Shown: piece by piece, positions 61,310 through 64,000 of the stretch
Layout: each line of letters begins with the position of its first letter
How positions within the stretch are numbered: position 1 is the stretch's first letter
Source: Candidatus Avoscillospira avicola
GTDB lineage: Bacteria; Bacillota; Clostridia; Oscillospirales; Oscillospiraceae
Assembly: GCA_018712245.1 (NCBI GenBank)
Contig: DVHE01000056.1
Span: 16,980 to 80,979, forward strand
Length of the DNA: 64,000 nt
Direction: 5' to 3'
Notes under the pieces: generated by a model
Databases searched by the model: none
What the model was told of the DNA's origin: nothing
Seen by the model: only the letters and a program-made list of their open reading frames with translations
Translations under genes and position numbers: made by a program

Positions 61310-61904
61310 AGAACTTTTTCAAAAAGCTCTGGCGGTGGATGGGACAGGGGCCGTATTCCGTCAAAGCCGCATAGTGCCGCTTGGTGCCGTAGCCCTTGTG
61401 TACCGCAAAGCCATACTGCGGATACAGGCTGTCCTGCTCCTCCATGTACCGATCCCGGGTGACTTTGGCCAGAATCGACGCGGCGGCGATGCTAGCGCTC
61501 AGACTGTCGCCGCGGACGATGGTCTGCACCGGCATTCCCAGCGGCGGTCGGCGGTTGCCGTCCACCAGGGCAATGTCCGGCTGTAAGCCCAGGGCCTCCA
61601 CGGCCCGTTCCATGGCCAGGAAGGTGGCGTTGAGAATGTTCACCGAATCGATCTCCGCCTCGTCCGCAAAAGCAATGCCGTAGGCATAGGCCTCCTGGAC
61701 GATGACGTCAAAGAGGCTGCGGCGCTTGGCGTCGGAGAGCTTTTTGGAGTCATTGAGGCCCTCGATGACTGCGTCCCGGGGCAAAATCACTGCGGCGGCG
61801 CAGACGGGCCCTGCCAGGGGACCCCGCCCTGCCTCGTCGATGCCGCAGATCAGGTCAAAGCCGCCCTCTCGGCAGCGGTCTTCAAATTCCCAGAGATTTG
61901 TCAC
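61296..61904 (-). CDS. rnhB: ribonuclease HII
   Basis: GIDEAGRGPLAGPV, DSKKLS, GYGT. Confidence 0.95.
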   Translation of the reverse strand: MTNLWEFEDRCREGGFDLICGIDEAGRGPLAGPVCAAAVILPRDAVIEGLNDSKKLSDAKRRSLFDVIVQEAYAYGIAFADEAEIDSVNILNATFLAMERAVEALGLQPDIALVDGNRRPPLGMPVQTIVRGDSLSASIAAASILAKVTRDRYMEEQDSLYPQYGFAVHKGYGTKRHYAALTEYGPCPIHRQSFLKKFYGEK

Positions 61905-62779
61905 GCTTCTTCCTCCTCCGGGGGTAAATCCAGCGTAAAGCGGCCAAGTTTACCGCTACGATACTCATCCAGTACGATGCGGGCAGCTCGCTCGGTGTCC
62001 ACCTCGCCGCCGGAAATCAGAAATCCCCGCTTACGGCCCACGGCCTCCAACAGCGCGTAACCCGGTGCGTCCGCCGGCAGCTCCACCCGGTAGCGCCCGG
62101 TGACGGCGTCCGGATACTGCCGCCACAGGAGGGACAGCAGTCCGGAAGACAAGGTCTCCAAATCGATGATATCGTCCTTCACCGCGCCGGTATAGGCCAG
62201 GCGCATTCCCACCTCGGGGTCTTCGAACTTGGGCCAGAGAATACCCGGCGTATCCAGCAGCAGCAGGCCCTGGTCCACGGTGATCCACTGCTTACCCCGG
62301 GTGACGCCGGGGCGGTTTTCTGCCTTGGCGCTTTTGCGTCCGGCAATCTGGTTGATAAAGGTGGACTTTCCCACGTTCGGGATGCCGGCCACCATGATCT
62401 TCAGCGGTCTTCCCACCTGCCCCTTTTCCTGATACCGCCGGAGCTTTTCAGAAAGCATGGTGCGGATGGCCGGGACAAAGCCTGAAATGCCCTTGCGGCT
62501 CTTGCAGTCCGTCTCCAGAACGGCGTAGCCCTGGCCCTTGAAATAGGCAGCCCACCGGCGCACCAGGGCGGGGTCTGCCTGGTCGACGCGGTTCAGCACG
62601 ATCAGCCGCGGCTTCTTGCCGCACAGTTCGCTGAGGTCGGGGTTACGGCTGGCGGCGGGGATGCGGGCGTCGAGAATCTCACACACGCCGTCCACCAATC
62701 GGAGGTCCTCCTCCATCATGCGCCGGGTTTTTGTCATGTGGCCCGGATACCACTGAATCTGCATTTGATTTTCTTCCAT
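61901..62779 (-). CDS. rbgA: ribosome biogenesis GTPase A (YlqF/RbgA)
   Basis: MQIQWYPGHMTK (likely start at 62764). Circularly permuted GTPase: LNRVDQ then GIPNVGKST. Confidence 0.9.
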   Translation of the reverse strand: MEENQMQIQWYPGHMTKTRRMMEEDLRLVDGVCEILDARIPAASRNPDLSELCGKKPRLIVLNRVDQADPALVRRWAAYFKGQGYAVLETDCKSRKGISGFVPAIRTMLSEKLRRYQEKGQVGRPLKIMVAGIPNVGKSTFINQIAGRKSAKAENRPGVTRGKQWITVDQGLLLLDTPGILWPKFEDPEVGMRLAYTGAVKDDIIDLETLSSGLLSLLWRQYPDAVTGRYRVELPADAPGYALLEAVGRKRGFLISGGEVDTERAARIVLDEYRSGKLGRFTLDLPPEEEEA

Positions 62780-62780
62780 A

Positions 62781-63632
62781 TCAAGACACCAATCCGATCC
62801 GGTTCCACTCCCGGGGTTCGATCACATTGCCCTGGGCGTCCCGTTTTTCGCCGGGCAGCACGATAGCCCAGACCTTCCCCAGCACGCAGCGCACATCCAC
62901 CATGCCCACTGGGGCAAAGCGGCTGTCGGTGGAATTGTTGCGGTTATCACCCAGGACGAAGATGCAGCCCTCCGGCACCGTCGCCGGGTACGTCAAGCCG
63001 TACTCTCCGTCCCAATTGACCCAGCTGGCCTCGCCGGTATAGTCCATCAGGTACGATTCCTCCAGGGCGACGCCATCCACATAGACCACGTGGTTTTCAA
63101 AATCAATGTCCACCGTCTGTCCGCCGGTGGCAATGACGCGCTTGACGATGGGTTCATCCTTGTAATACGGCACGGTCAGAACCACGATATCGCCAGTCTC
63201 AATGTCCTCGGGTCCATAGAAAAAGTTACTCTCCAGCACCAGATAGTCCCCGTGGTGGAGTGTGGGGCGCATGGAACTGCCGTCTACCCCCACCAGGCGC
63301 ACCACAAATACAAAGAGCAGCGTCACCACCGCCAAAATGTAAGAAATATCGTGGAGAATGCCGTAACACTCATAGAGCGGATCGCTCTTTTTTTCTACCT
63401 TATCCGATTTTTCCGCCTTATCTGCCGGCTTTTGCCGCTGAGGCGCCGGAGTTTCGGCCTCCTGCCTGACAGGCTTCTGCTCAGGCTCCGGCTTCGGCTC
63501 TGCCGGGGACGGCTGTACCGGCTCCGCGGCGGGAGACGGCTGCTTTTGGTACTGCGGCTCATGGGAGTGCAGCAGCGCACGAATTTCATCTAAGTCAATG
63601 GTGTCATGGATCGGCTTATATTCTTCATCCAT
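62781..63632 (-). CDS. lepB: signal peptidase I with a roughly 95-aa Pro/Glu/Lys/Gln-rich N-terminal extension
   Basis: Catalytic VDGSSMRPTL, and GDNRNNSTDSR box. One TM (ISYILAVVTLLFVFVV) preceded by a low-complexity tail. Confidence 0.85.
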   Translation of the reverse strand: MDEEYKPIHDTIDLDEIRALLHSHEPQYQKQPSPAAEPVQPSPAEPKPEPEQKPVRQEAETPAPQRQKPADKAEKSDKVEKKSDPLYECYGILHDISYILAVVTLLFVFVVRLVGVDGSSMRPTLHHGDYLVLESNFFYGPEDIETGDIVVLTVPYYKDEPIVKRVIATGGQTVDIDFENHVVYVDGVALEESYLMDYTGEASWVNWDGEYGLTYPATVPEGCIFVLGDNRNNSTDSRFAPVGMVDVRCVLGKVWAIVLPGEKRDAQGNVIEPREWNRIGLVS

Positions 63633-63770
63633 ATTAAAACCAACCTCCGTGATCGGAGCAATATATCAAATGGGAAGAGCCCATACAAAATTTATTATAC
63701 ACAACCCCCGGGCGAAAGGAAAGAGCCAGAAGAAAAAAATTGGAATACTTGAGCGCGTCTCATCCCACGT

Positions 63771-63810
63771 GTACACAAAATGCCGAACCCCCAGCGGAGT
63801 TCGGCATTTT
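63771..63810 (-). terminator. intrinsic terminator after rplS
   Basis: Stem TGCCGAAC (63781..63788) / GTTCGGCA (63799..63806) with A-T extension. Followed on the minus strand by UUUUGUGU. Confidence 0.75.
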
Positions 63811-63849
63811 GCACGGAGGCGCCGTGGCGTCTCCCGGATTGAATTTGGC

Positions 63850-64000
63850 TTACACCTTTTCTCTGATCTTGGCAGCCTTGCCCATGCGATCACGCAGGTA
63901 GTAGAGCTTGGCTCTGCGGACCTTGCCCTTGCGGACGGTCTCCACCTTCACGATGCTGGGGGAATGCAGCAGGAACACTTTCTCGCAGCCGACGCCATAG
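63850..64000 (-). CDS. rplS: 50S ribosomal protein L19, C-terminal part (5' end beyond window)
   Basis: Own translation: ...[49 protein letters not shown], stop at 63850..63852. Confidence 0.9.
   Translation of the reverse strand, partial: YGVGCEKVFLLHSPSIVKVETVRKGKVRRAKLYYLRDRMGKAAKIREKV

Noticed and set aside
1-64000. Scan for CRISPR arrays, IS elements or transposases, integrases, prophage genes, rRNA and tRNA genes, and toxin-antitoxin or restriction-type defence genes.
   Set aside because: None found by eye. There are no regularly spaced direct repeats and no transposase, integrase or phage structural motifs in any frame of the ORF track.

Overview
GC-rich (about 60-70% in coding lines I hand-counted), coding-dense chromosomal segment. 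It looks like a spore-forming Clostridia genome (Oscillospiraceae-like): intact sigK, ytfJ/ytfI, a dacB-type carboxypeptidase, an IspH-S1 fusion and an OLE-type RNA. From about 7.7 kb onward almost every gene is on the minus strand. Most of the window is housekeeping: trmO, feoAB, yajC-tgt-queA, asd, tyrS, recN-argR-nadK-tlyA-dxs, ispH/rpsA-plsC-cmk, rluB, scpAB, engB-lon-clpX-clpP-tig, thrC, rnhB-rbgA-lepB, rplS. I found no rRNA, tRNA, CRISPR array, IS element or prophage. The main find is a roughly 9.7-kb, nine-gene minus-strand operon (7687..17517) that contains every Dlt function but in a non-canonical layout. It has two paralogous DltA-type adenylation enzymes, one carrier protein, an MBOAT and an SGNH/DltD-like protein. 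It also has a 46-aa DltX-like peptide ending in FIYEL, which is too short for the ORF track. Extra genes are a GNAT, a Cys-rich DUF2284 protein and a 990-aa FG-GAP lipoprotein, and a 208-bp hairpin-rich spacer separates the two ligase genes. Other non-coding features: a likely OLE RNA with an OapA-like gene in the known dxs/tlyA/nadK/argR/recN synteny, and a tyrosine (UAC) T-box controlling a zinc-ribbon/M28-peptidase/tyrS operon. There is also a perfect 7-4-7 palindrome over the predicted feoAB promoter. Further items are an AT-rich orphan-gene islet, a MoxR-VWA pair and an orphan truncated KdpD/KdpE pair. All calls come from reading the sequence and ORF translations. No database search was run, so family names are motif- and memory-based.
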